Assembly (NCBI GenBank): GCA_965655095.1
Contig: OZ296650.1
Span: 112,344,001 to 112,408,000, forward strand
Source: Haplodiscus bocki
Lineage: Eukaryota
Direction of reading: 5' to 3'
DNA: 64,000 bases
Of this stretch, positions 23,401 through 34,720 are shown in pieces (the stretch's first letter is position 1; every line of letters begins with the position of its first letter). Under the pieces are notes generated by a model that saw only the letters and a list, made by a program, of their open reading frames with translations, ran no database searches and was not told where the DNA came from. Made by a program: the position numbers and the translations under genes.

Positions 23401-24712
23401 AATTCGAGTTGAGTAGATGAAGAGATTTGGCAAAGACAAGTTTAGGAATTGTCTTAGAATAATTCTAGTTGAGTAGATGAAGAGATTTGGCAAAGACAAG
23501 TTTAGGAATTGTCTTAGGATAATTCAATGATGAGCATTTTAGTTTGAAATTAGGATGAGGGCGAAGAGAAAGAGAGTTTCGCCTCGGGGAAGTAGGATAG
23601 TTAACTGAGGAGAGCGATTGAATAAAACGAGAGTGTACAGGGTATTTATACCCAGTTATGGCGCAATCGAGTGATCGTCCAATAGGAGAGCGCCTGAAGA
23701 TAGCAATGTTTGCTTTGGGATCATTTGATCGGTGAGGAGAGGTGAGGAGTGGCGGTTGTTCAGAATTGTTGAGGTTTTTGCGGCTAAGTCATAATTCGAC
23801 TTAGAATATTTTCGCTGACGAGTGTTTTGCGGCTAAGTCATAATTTGACTTAGAGTATTTTCGCTGAAAGCGATTTTGCTGCTAAGTCATAATTTGACTT
23901 AGAATATTTTCGCTGATGAGCGATTTGCGGCTAAGTCAGAATTTGACTTAGAATATTTTCGCTGATGAGCGATTTTCGGCTAAGTCAGAATTTGACTTAG
24001 AATATTTTCGCTGATCAAGAAAGGCGAGAGAAGAGGAAGTTCAAAGTTTTTAAGAGTAGAGGCGAAGAGGAAAGAAGAGAGCAAGTTGTTGACGGTAAGC
24101 GAGTGAGTGAATAAATGATTCCTTCAGTTCTGCCAAATGACTCTAAAATGGCATCATGCTGTTTTTTCATGCCACCAATAGAAAAACAGCACATGTTCGT
24201 CATGTCATACCTACTAGCCAATAGGCTGATAGTAGATTTTGGGCAAATTCGAAAATTTAATTTTTCTTCAATTTCGTCATCAATTTGTGCAATTCTAATC
24301 GAGTAACCTCCAAATTTCTTCATGCCGCCACAAAGTCGGCAAATATTTAACCCCAAATATAATCTCCAGTTTTGCCGTCGTATTGTCTGAGTTTCTGGGT
24401 TTTATCAGTTTTCTATTTCCTGGGTGACCAGGGACTTTTATTTGCGCCAAAATTTTCGTCGTAGTTGTGCCGAAGCTTCTGCTTGGTAAGTCAACTTTAA
24501 TTCCGCCGTAATCTTTACTAGCTCGTATTTCCTGTATAATTAACAAATATACAAACTGCACTGATAAATTTTGGTGTTTATCTGAAATCTGATAAATCTT
24601 GGGCTCGCCATTTTGGGCAGAAATCTCTCGAGGTTAGTTTCAACTTTTCTTTATTATAAAATCATAAAACTGCGATTTTCCATTAGGTTTGAGCGGTAGT
24701 CATAACGCGATA
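20485..24712 (-). repeat. 5' LTR (4228 bp)
   Basis: Adjacent to the PBS; 700 bp longer than the 3' LTR (696 bp of extra 60-mer array plus a 4-bp AAAG insertion near 20581). Confidence 0.95.
22367..23526. repeat. 60-bp tandem array in 5' LTR (~19.3 units, one shortened by 24 bp)
   Basis: Same 60-mer as 15617-16080; truncated unit near 22550-22585. Confidence 0.97.
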
Positions 24713-26208
24713 AGATGAAATGTAGAATGAGTTCTTTTGATACGCTGCCATTTTCCTTCATTGACAAATATTCGATGAAATATGTTTCAAATGAATTGAA
24801 CGACCGCCTTGTTCACATGGGTGACGATTCATTGCGTCGAAAAAATGCCGATTCCAAAGCGGCGAATATTCACCAATACACCATTGGCTGCTCCAAAAAA
24901 TTTTGACGCTTTCAATAGTCTGCAATTTTTCGACGCTTTGAATATTCTACGCAATGGCAATTCACCGTTCACATATAGCACTGTTGATATTGGAAAAATT
25001 TGAGGCGGAATGTGGATATTTCAGTAGTTGCTTTCTAACTATGCAAGAAAAAATCAACTTGGATCATGCAACGTTCAAATGTTGCGTTTGAAATGAAAAC
25101 CAGAAGCATTTATGACAATATTGGAAAACTGATTAACTACAATGGCCGAACAACCCTAGTGAGACATACAGATAAAACATGCAAAATGCATGCATGCATG
25201 CAGCCAAATAAGTTATAAAATATGGAAAATGCAGACATTTAGCATACATGTATTTTGAATGTTTACGCTGCAGCAGCTAAAGTTTGTTCAAGATGTCAAG
25301 GTAAAATAGAAAACGTAACAGCTCTCGCACCTCTATTGACTCAATCACTACCGCTTCAGACTTGCTCATATTTGCTATTTACCTGACGCTCTGACCGTTA
25401 ATCTATTATTTGATAACAAGTGACTCGGCGTGGGTACTCATAAACTTAATCTGTGTTTTTTCTATTGTAATGCGCGGCCAAATTGAAAGTTTGTCAGTCA
25501 CTTGTAAAATTAATTAGGCTGCATCCAAAAACATGCAAAACTTTATTTATTTTTCGTCTGCCAAATTTTGAAAGCAAACTACAAAACCCCGCCTAATTTT
25601 ACGAAATTCTTTGAAGAAATTTGAAAGACATCACAGCAGCAGACAAAATTTAGGCATGGAAAATTTTAAATGAATCATCCAAAATCCTTCAAAAAGTGTT
25701 CGGTAACATATAAAATCTTATAAAACTTTGCTGTTTTTCAACCAGGGAATGTAAACTTATTAGATTTCCACGACTAGAACCTAGACCATCAAATTTGCTC
25801 ACCGAACGGTCTCCCAATCAAACTACGGTCCTACTTAGTTGAATGCAAAGTTGCGTTTCTACATTTAGCTTTTCAACATTATATCATAATGCAGGCATCT
25901 GAAACTGGTGCGGTTTTTCTCAGAATATCAGAAGTATCAAATTGAAACATCAGAAGAACTGCATTCGAATAGACTCAAAGAATATCATTTCATGTCACTA
26001 GAAACCAGTGAACTGAATCGTAAGAACCTTCCATCCAGGGTTTTATCCAGACCATTTTTGGGGGGGAGTTTTCCCCCCCCCTGAGATTCAAGTTTCCCCC
26101 CCTGGCTTAAATATATGATTTTAAATTTATTTGATTAATGTTTTTCAATTTTTATATTTTGATAAATTAATATTGTGTATATATAATATTGTGTAATATA
26201 TGTGCACG

Positions 26209-28489
26209 CAAGCCCCACAGAAATTCGCGGAGAATTTTTGTAAAATTCGCGGCTAAATTCGCGGGCATTTTTTGTCATTTTTCGCGGCAATTCGCGGAAT
26301 TTTTCCAAATTCGCGCTAATTCGCGGCAAAAATTGCTGTGCTTAAACACTTTATTCCAGTTTTCCAGAATTAAAGTATATAAACATTAGATGTTTTATAG
26401 AGTCTGGAGACAAACTTTTTCTGTCTTCACTCAAAAGTTTGTCGTATTTGCTGAAGCACCTTTCGACGCTAGCTGATGAACACACTAGAAATCCATAAAC
26501 AAGAGCAATTTTTGAAAGATTTGGGAGATTTTCTTGATTGCCAATCCAGAAATCCGTAATTGCCTGAACCTTGTCAGTGACTTTTTGTGGATCTAGGGTC
26601 CCAGTAAATTGACGTGCCAAATTTTGATACATAACTAGTTCAGAATCTGGAACGTCTTTAACGAGGTCTGGCTTTGCGGTAAATGTGAGAGATCTATTTG
26701 GATTAAAATATTGAACTTGACGTAACAGTTCCAGAGCCGGATGGCATCCTGATTCGCCAAAATATTTGCAGAATTTTGACAGCGCATTTTTTGTACCAAC
26801 TTGAATAATTTCTAGAAGTCTTCGTTTTTCGTCACGAGTAAAAGTCTCTGTTAGCAAATCCAAAATTTCTTCTAGAGAGTCGTCCGGCATATTTGACTGG
26901 ACAGTGAGCTCCGCTTCCAGCCTCTCCAGATAGTCTCGTGTTAGGCACCCAAGGCCTAGATCTGATTCAAATATTTTTAGACCAATTATTAAATGGTTGA
27001 CCCGATTCTTGATAAAACGCGCTTCGGCAAGAATAAATTTGTAATCTTCGGCAAGAGTGTTCCTAAGATCTTCGGCATCATCATTATCAGTTTCTGTAAG
27101 TAAAAAAGACTTTTCGTACGGCAGAAATTCAGCGTGATAGACAATAGCGTCAAACATAGAAGTCCACCTCGTAGAAACTGGCTGAGGTGGAAGCTGCTGG
27201 GAGTAACCAATGTCCTCTAAAAACTTTTTATAGCGATATTTCCGTGCCCCAGACCGACGAATGTAAGAACTAAATTCCGTACACCAAGATCTAACATTAA
27301 CAAAACTGGCCATAAAATCTTTAGTCACCAAATTCAACGTGTGACTAATGCAAGTCAAGTGTGTGCAGTTCGGCAGAAGGGTTTGCAGAGAGTTGGTAAA
27401 CGAGGCTATCATATAACTGGCGTTATCCGTGGCGTAACCGACCACATCTTCGAAAGCAATCTTAAAGTCGTTTAAAAATTTAACGACATATCGAGCAACT
27501 TTGCCATAATTAAGTGGAGTAGTGTCAAAAAGCATCTCCGCCAGCAAAGGTTTGATAGAGGTACCCGCTAAGGGCAACGTTGCAATAAGAATCGAACTGA
27601 CAAATCTACCTTCGCTGTCTGACGTTTCATCGTAAAATATAATGACTTTCTTACCAGAAATTTCGTCTATCAACTTTTGCCGATCTGATAAATAACAGTC
27701 TTCCAAATAGAGCTGTAAGCCGTTGCTCTTCGGAATCGCACCCCCAATTTTTACGTGATTTCGAAAAAAATGTCTAAGTTGAGGGTTGTTTGATGCGTTC
27801 AGGGGAATATTCGCAGCTGCACATGACCGAATCCAATCACAAACAACTATTGCATTTGCTAGGCGCGCCGTAGTTTTTATCGGCATAGTCGTAAAAAGAG
27901 ACTGCTGAACCATTGTCGGTGGGTTGGCCTTGTTACGAATATGCATATCTGTATCTTTATGCTTGTCTACACTGTCTTGCCTGGTGTGGTCTACTACCTT
28001 GCCACAGAGGTTGCACTCAAGCTCGTTGCGCGCATTCACAGAAAAATCCTGGTTCCCAGGCATATTTGACCGTTGTAATGGAGTCATAGTGGAAGAATGG
28101 GATCTCTTAAGATTCTTCTTCTGTTTCTGCACTATACTCCGCTTAGTATGTATTGATGGCACCGAGCGCGCAGAACTGGCCGAGCCGCTCATTGTTACTG
28201 TACCACTATGCACGCCACGGTACAATTAGCAACTGCTCTCGCTCGTGTACAAACCCTGCATCGCACAATGCCTATTCTGAAATTTGATTGGCCAATGAGA
28301 GCACACTATTCACGGCGGCCGTTATCCGCTTTGCGTGCCTACTAAAGCTGTGCATGTATTGCAATCCTAATTTGAGTGTTTTTCGCGGCACAATTCGCGG
28401 CAATTCGCGGGCTTTTAGAATTCGCGGCAATTTGCCGTAATTCGCGGGAAATTCGCGGGAATTCGCGCCGCGAATTACTGTGGGGCTTG
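26209..28489 (-). mobile_element. Intact hAT DNA transposon (CGGBP1-like transposase), nested inner element, 2281 bp
   Basis: 22-bp TIRs CAAGCCCCACAG(A/T)AATTCGCGG; 8-bp TSD TGTGCACG at 26201-26208 and 28490-28497; subterminal AATTCGCGG repeats at both ends. Confidence 0.96.
26351..28192 (-). CDS. hAT transposase, CGGBP1-like (613 aa from first ATG)
   Basis: Uninterrupted ORF: BED-type finger CNLC...KHKDTDMH, DETSD (first D), TDNASYM (second D), CISH (CxxH), STRW, SSASVERCFS (E, dimerisation domain). Confidence 0.93.
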   Translation of the reverse strand: MSGSASSARSVPSIHTKRSIVQKQKKNLKRSHSSTMTPLQRSNMPGNQDFSVNARNELECNLCGKVVDHTRQDSVDKHKDTDMHIRNKANPPTMVQQSLFTTMPIKTTARLANAIVVCDWIRSCAAANIPLNASNNPQLRHFFRNHVKIGGAIPKSNGLQLYLEDCYLSDRQKLIDEISGKKVIIFYDETSDSEGRFVSSILIATLPLAGTSIKPLLAEMLFDTTPLNYGKVARYVVKFLNDFKIAFEDVVGYATDNASYMIASFTNSLQTLLPNCTHLTCISHTLNLVTKDFMASFVNVRSWCTEFSSYIRRSGARKYRYKKFLEDIGYSQQLPPQPVSTRWTSMFDAIVYHAEFLPYEKSFLLTETDNDDAEDLRNTLAEDYKFILAEARFIKNRVNHLIIGLKIFESDLGLGCLTRDYLERLEAELTVQSNMPDDSLEEILDLLTETFTRDEKRRLLEIIQVGTKNALSKFCKYFGESGCHPALELLRQVQYFNPNRSLTFTAKPDLVKDVPDSELVMYQNLARQFTGTLDPQKVTDKVQAITDFWIGNQENLPNLSKIALVYGFLVCSSASVERCFSKYDKLLSEDRKSLSPDSIKHLMFIYFNSGKLE

Positions 28490-28723
28490 TGTGCACGCAA
28501 GTGTACTCTTTTCAAGTGGGACGCACTGTATATTAAGTACGTATGCTCTTATAATATATTACGTACGTATGCACGTTTACATTATATACTACTATATATG
28601 AGCGCGTGCATTTTCACTCTATTGAACATTTAGGCGCGTCATAATTTTGGGACCATCAAAGATTCAAAGTCCATCTATTCTATACAGCCTGTCAAACATA
28701 TTCAATTATTCATTCAGTACTTC

Positions 28724-29345
28724 ATGGCGTTCAACAAGCGCAAACGGGATTATCCTTGGCTATCAGGAAACGATTCTGGTGCATATTGTAGCCCATGTAA
28801 GCGTATCTACCATGGTAAATGCTTGTCATCTAATCATGGTTGTTTCATTACCAAACCTTTTAATAATTGGAAAAAGTCAACAGGCTCTAATCCAGCAGAT
28901 AATAAATTATTAAAACACCAATTATCAAATGCACACAAAACAGCCATTGGAATCGCTTCACAATCAACTCTTTTGCGTGATTCAGATGCTGGCTCTGTGC
29001 TTGGCCTACTTGTAAATGCCAGTGATGAACAATGCTATGAATGCCACTGACATCCTGGCTAAGCTAGCATCAGCATCTGACATTTCATATGGTTTCCCAC
29101 TGTTGGCCGATATCGCATGCCGTATCATATGTGCACCTCTGGGAACTGCAACAGTTGAACGATCATTTTCTACTATGAACCGAGTAGCTACTCGCCTGAG
29201 ACAACGCCTGTTACCTCAACACTTGCGAGATGCAATGCTTGTTAGCAGCGAAGGATCCAGCTTCAATGATTTTGCTACCATTGTATATTTGTGGCACTCT
29301 AAGAAGCCTCGTAGATTGCCCATTCCAGCAGCAAACAAATTATAA
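28724..29345 (+). pseudogene. Deleted hAT transposase: TTF zinc-finger N-terminus joined out of frame to the C-terminal dimerisation domain
   Basis: ORF 28724-29050 (YPWL...AYCSPCK...FITKPFNNWKK...KHQLSNAH) and ORF 29016-29345 (FPLLADIACRIICAPLGTATVERSFSTMNRV...RQRL); catalytic core missing. Confidence 0.88.
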
Positions 29346-31729
29346 CTATTCTGAAAATTCAGTACATTTCTATAAATTGTATATAATTACTGTTTTTTTT
29401 TAAATACAAACTGTTCTTTACAGAGATTAGTGACTTGCCATTCTTAGATAAGTAACGATAAAAAATATTGCGATCAGTAAATATTTTGTCAATTTTATCC
29501 CCCCCCCAAGAAAAAATTATCCCCCCCTGGGTGCAAGGACTGAATAAAACACTGCTTCCATCAATACTGCAGAAATGAATTACAGAAAAGCAAGGGCAAG
29601 TGCCACCTGACTAAGCTTTTCTAGATTTCAAGAATTTGATTCCCGAAAATCTCAGACACGAACTACTCTTGCTGTCCTTTTTTTCCATTTTTTGAGTAAT
29701 TTGATGATCAGAGAAATCGAATTTCCTGGCTAATCCGTGGTTAATGTTTAGTTCACCGTTAGTTACAACATGAATACATGGAGTTTTCAATTTTCAATTT
29801 TCACGGGCCACTTATTCCCCACCATACTTTTGACCGCATTTAAAAATAGGATCTTTCTGACCAAAAATAGAAGCTCCAAACTGTAGTACAAAAGTAAATT
29901 TCTTCGAAAGTTTTTTGTCTTTCGTAAGATTCTGTTGCAGCTTCCACAAATTGGTTGACTACTCTAGACAGAATTGCACTTACAGTAGCATCAATGATTT
30001 CATCCTGAATCGAGTCCAGACTTTGCAAATCTTTGGATTGACTAAATTCGTCTCAAACTTTTCCAGTTTTGTAAACCTGAATATGCCTACAACAAAGTTT
30101 GATTGAATTAAATCGCGAGGGCATTGACAAAAATTTTGTTGAGATGATACTCTTAAAGTATCGATGAGTTTTTATCCAATCAGACAACCAGCTTATTCAT
30201 TTCTTTTATCCAGGGTGCCAGGTATTTCGCAACTCAGTGACATTTTTCAAGAAATTCCACGATCGACAAGCAGTATTGAGAACTATATTGTTGCTTACAA
30301 TATTCTGTTGTAGCCTATAAATAAATATTCTATTGTATGTTTAGGAAAATTGAGCGTAGAAAATGATGTGGAGAGTGGGTTTTTTCGGTTTTTTGGGATC
30401 CCTTTTTCGTGATTTTTAGGCGAGTGAAGCGTCAGCGAAGGGAAGCTTACAGAGACGATTCACGGGAAGTTGAAAATAACGACCGGTTTTTTTTTGTTTC
30501 GTCCAGCCAAAATTTGTGACACCCGTCTGCGTTTCTTGACTTTACAGCGCTATATCTCCGGACGCATTGTTAAGAGCGTTCTATTCATTTCAAAATCCGA
30601 GAAAATGGCTGTGATTGACCATGTCGAATTTTTTTGGCGTCCGAATTTTTTTGCCGTGGAGTTATTAGCAGAAACAAATTGAAAACGCCAAAAATTTGCA
30701 GGGCAAATCGTTGTTCTCTGAATGAAATCACTAGAATATACATACGGTGGGTGTGTATGGTATCAGAATCGATGCGAAATAAATTTTTCTTCATGCTCAA
30801 CTAGTAGAAAAAGCGGACTTTTTTCGGCGGAGTACCGGCAAAAAAAGAGCGGAAATGTCGAAAAACCGTTATTTCCGTCTTCGCCAACTTCGGTTATGTA
30901 CTTTGGCGCGTTATTAGATGCAACTTTTTGTCCCAAAGGGCCTCTTTTATGTAAATATACGAGAACAAGGATGTCGTACGACGTCCAAAAAATTCGGCGG
31001 CTGAAAAATTTTCGCTGCCAAAATACAGTTGCAAGAAAAATGAAAAACGCCGTTCTCTCAGAAAGAAGGTGGTAATTTATCTCTGTTTACAAGACCCATG
31101 TGGCATGGCTGGTCTACACTGCTATATAAATGATGATGAAAGAATAATTGGTTCAATGGATCTGTTGCCTTTGATGCTTTTTGGCGAAAAGGAAACTTTG
31201 GCCTCGGCTGAGTTTTAGCGAAGAAGTTTTCGTAAAAAATCTGATGATTCATGTTTTTTTTTGCACTTTGATATTTTTTAAGGGCTCCCAAGAACCTTGG
31301 TTGGTTTGAAATTTTGGTTAACTGTTTCTTCGAGGAAAAACAATATGCTGTATCATAGGAGACTTCGTTGTTTTTAGGCGGAGTTTTAGGGAGGCCTTTT
31401 ACCGAGAAATGTCAAAAATGTCCGGTTTTCTTGCACTTTCGTTTTTGTTGAGGCTTGCTAAAGCCTCGGTCGGATTGAACCCTGGGTGAACTGATTCGTT
31501 CTTGACCAGTAGCCATTATGATGTACCATAGGAGACTACATTGTTTCTTTTCGGCGGAGTTTAAGCCGAGATTTTACTCAAAAATAAAAAAAAATACGTT
31601 TGCTGGCATTTTCAGCTTTATTTTGGCCTGTAACTGTCCTTGTTTGTTTGAAACATTGTTGAATGGGTCCTTAGAAGACAATTGTCTAATCTACGGTGTC
31701 CGATGTCCGGCTATCATTTTTCAAGTTTT

Positions 31730-33900
31730 CACTGGCTAATGTCAGAATTTCCTTTGGTTCCCACGGCACAGTGCTTAGGACAACAGGGTTCTGAAACAAT
31801 AGGTATGAATTCGAATAGCAGCATTTAACTATGTTTTGCTTCCACTTTAGTAACTGGATTTGAAGGTTACAAAAATGTGGATTTTTTCCACTGCTATCAA
31901 AAACACTATTTTCCGCCATTTTTTTCGATGCAATATAATTGAAAAATCCCATCACTGTCATTTTTTGTATTATTTCCATGAATTGAGTTTTTCCAAGATC
32001 ACGAAAATTTGCTACTTTTCCATAGTTTTTTTAACTGCATTTATTTTAAAGCAGGTGAGTGCAGTTTGAGCCAAGGACAGGCAAGTATTCGTGAACAGCA
32101 GAAAGCACTTTCTACCGGAATATCAGGTACTGCAAGATACAACAATTTCGATGGGATGTCGTGATAGCCCCTCTTAAGCATAAAGTCCTCTCGATACCAG
32201 AAACTTTGAACAACACCAGAAAGGCCGCGTCAGAAAATATTTTTGTAGACAAAAAGTTTTCGGCACCTTTTTGTTAGAACCCATCTGTGGTTCAGCAAGT
32301 TTTTCGCAACTGACAAATGTCAGTACCAGAACACTTTGGAAACAACAGAGTTTCCCGAAAGGCACAAGAGTTTTACACTAAATTTTCAGAAGTGTGATAC
32401 TGTGCGACATAAAATTTTAGACAGTTTTTGTTAATACTTTCTTCTAGGTTACCGTAACTTCCGCGCCTGACAAAAACACAGCTTCAAATTTGACCAGTTC
32501 CCAGCTTGTTTCAGTCTCTGTCCAAAGATTTCCCAGAAGGAAACTAGTTAGTTCGGTAGTTCATTTTTTTCGCTTCGCAAAATTTGCGAAAATCATGCAA
32601 ACTTCGTGCGGCAATTTTTCAAACCGCTTCTTTATTACATATATGCAGTCTCATTGCCAATAGACAGCCTTAACTGGGAACGTACCATATTTTTACAAGC
32701 TGTTTTTATGTATACTGAGACTTTCGGGCTGTTTTGGAACTTTGTGCCCCTCAATTTATAATTTTTTGGATATACTTCAGGGTTTTTTTGTTTGCAGAGA
32801 AGACTCATTTTTCTACAAAAATAAATCAACTCAACTTGTCCCACAGTTTTAGAAAACTTCGAAAAATTTTCAAGTCCTTCGATATAAATTTTCAAACATA
32901 CCGAATTTATATCTTCCAAATCTAAAAAACACAGTTCAAAAATTCGGAGTGTTTTCCATGACATTATTTTTCGGATACTTTATTTTGTATGGTCATCTGG
33001 ACCTCAAACACCAAATCCACAATATTCTAACGTTTTTCCTGGAAAAAATCGTTGCGTACAATTTTTATTTCTTGGAGTCAGATCATGGTTTAAAATGACA
33101 CGGTGAAAGAGTTCTCGGTTTTCTTAGTCATTTCCTTCAAAACAATCCACTGGAATTTTACTATCAAGGCCACAATAGACAATTGTCCAGTTGTCGAAGG
33201 TCCCTCCGTATCTTAGTATTCCGGTTCAAGTACCTGGCAGTTGAAACAAGGACCAATTCTGCTGAGAAACCCTATCCATTTTTTTTCTGAATCAACTTCA
33301 AAACCAAGTTTAGTTCAGAGCTACTGCGAAGCTTCATCCATCAACCCCTCACTCAACTTTTTTCATCATTTACAAGTTTTGCTATTAGAAAACTTTTGCG
33401 ATTTGACCTTTCCAATTAAAACTGCTTTGGCGGAAGTTAGCAAGAACCACTGTTACGTACGATTAATTTTGATAATCGATATAGTTCTTCTTCAAAACTG
33501 TCAGCTATAACTTTTCTATCAGTATCCCAATCGACACTTTTCTGCTGGCAACAGCAATGCTACCGATGCCGGTTCTTCCGTTGGAACAAATATTGGTGGA
33601 TTTAGCCAAAAAGTGCATACAGTATTGTTTTGTCTTGGGTTTCAAATCGAATTTTTTTCCAAAAACAGCAACTACATTGCTTAAATCAATGTCTCAGTCA
33701 ACGTTTTTTTATATAAACAATGCTCTTTGACTGTCCAATATTGTGTTTGATTCCATTGAACAGAAACTTGATACGGGGAACTTTTCAAATATTGCATACC
33801 TGTAGGGATCACCTCAGTAGACAGACTCGACTCCAATCTACGTTCTCGATTTCTTCTATCATGTTGTTAGTGAACAGTTTTTTGGACCTCTATTGCCAAA
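31730..33900. repeat. Dispersed ~2.2-kb repeat, copy A
   Basis: Collinear similarity to ~39095-41350, e.g. GGCACAGTG..AGGAC.ACAGGGTTCTGAA, ACAGGCAAGTATTC, GACAAAAAGTTTTCG, AATTTGCGAAAATCA.GCAAAC.TCGTGC. Confidence 0.8.
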
Positions 33901-34498
33901 AAAAATGACTAGGATAGAACCGCTACAGAGAAAACCGATATTCATCTAGTTGTTCATTATAATTTAGAAGGTGCTTTATTTAAATTGATTTATTTTTTTG
34001 TATAATTTAAATCGAGTTTTTTAAATTCTGCTATGCTGAAGTTCCGTAAAAATAACCCAAGTGACGTTGTAAGAGAAGCAAGATAGTGCATCTGTAGCTA
34101 AGTATAACATACTTTAGGAGTGAATGTATGTTCCGTACGTGTTTCGTCGCTAACAGTCTGGTGACGTCACAGTCTTTTCAATCAAAACTAGAGTGCTAAC
34201 ACGCCATGCAGAGAAACCCAATTACGGAGCAGTTCCGTATTGACTACCTTCTGTTTCATAGCTGCAATATTCTTCGCCTTGCTGCAAGCGAACACCTAAA
34301 TGTTCCGGAACGCTCCTAGTTTCCATTTCTTTTCATCACAACTTTCGAAATAGGTTCGCACAAACGATCTTTGCTCAAGTATGAAACAGTAATGATCATT
34401 TGTTGCGAGTATTTTGATTTTCGTCCGAATATTTTTTCTGTATAGTTTTTTTTTGTGTTTTTCGATTATGCCAATCCTTTTGATCAACTGTTTTTTAT

Positions 34499-34656
34499 AG
34501 TGAAAAATATGTCGGCGTGGGAATAAGCACTTTAATTTTCAGTTCCGAAGGACTTGGCTCGGCTGATTTCTGTTGGAAGATGGAAAGGACGCCGCCTATG
34601 AAAAAAGAAATGGATGGGAAGATGTTTATTTCCCGCCTGAGTTGACATTTTTCACT
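34499..34656. mobile_element. MITE-like short element with imperfect terminal inverted repeats
   Basis: AGTGAAAAATATGTCGGCGTGGGAATAAGCA versus reverse complement of the right end, AGTGAAAAATGTCAACTCAGGCGGGAAATAAACA. Confidence 0.5.
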
Positions 34657-34720
34657 CTGTAAATTTTATAATTAAAGTACTTTTCCTTTTTTTGTAGTTT
34701 AATTTGGTTGTGCAAACAAA

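Larger units (their letters stand above)
13739..24712 (-). mobile_element. Full-length non-autonomous LTR retrotransposon (Ty3/Gypsy-derived, LARD-like) with very long LTRs
   Basis: Direct repeats 13739-17266 and 20485-24712; termini TGTCGCG...CGCGATA on +; 4-bp TSD AGAT at 13735-13738 and 24713-24716; PBS at 20460-20481; gag with CCHC knuckle; no RT, RNase H or integrase motifs in the 3218-bp interior. Confidence 0.95.
26036..29554 (+). mobile_element. Internally deleted hAT DNA transposon (ZNF862/TTF type), outer element
   Basis: TIRs CAGGGTTTTATCCAG (26036-26050) and CTGAATAAAACACTG (29540-29554), 2 mismatches; 8-bp TSD CTTCCATC at 26028-26035 and 29555-29562. Confidence 0.93.

Noticed and set aside
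22267-23499. 410-aa (and 178-aa at 15517-16053) ORF of 20-aa repeats SLPNLFIYSTRIILRQFLNL
   Set aside because: Consequence of a 60-bp unit lacking a stop in one frame; no ATG, with an in-frame TGA just upstream of the array. Ribosome profiling could reopen it.
26989-28633. Short ORFs overlapping the hAT transposase and its termini
   Set aside because: Antisense or alternate-frame shadows of the transposase and subterminal repeats.
29840-30240. Possible host exon on the minus strand (SLDSIQDEIIDATVSAILSRVVNQFVEAA)
   Set aside because: Protein-like but bounded by stops, with no recognisable family or supportable gene model.
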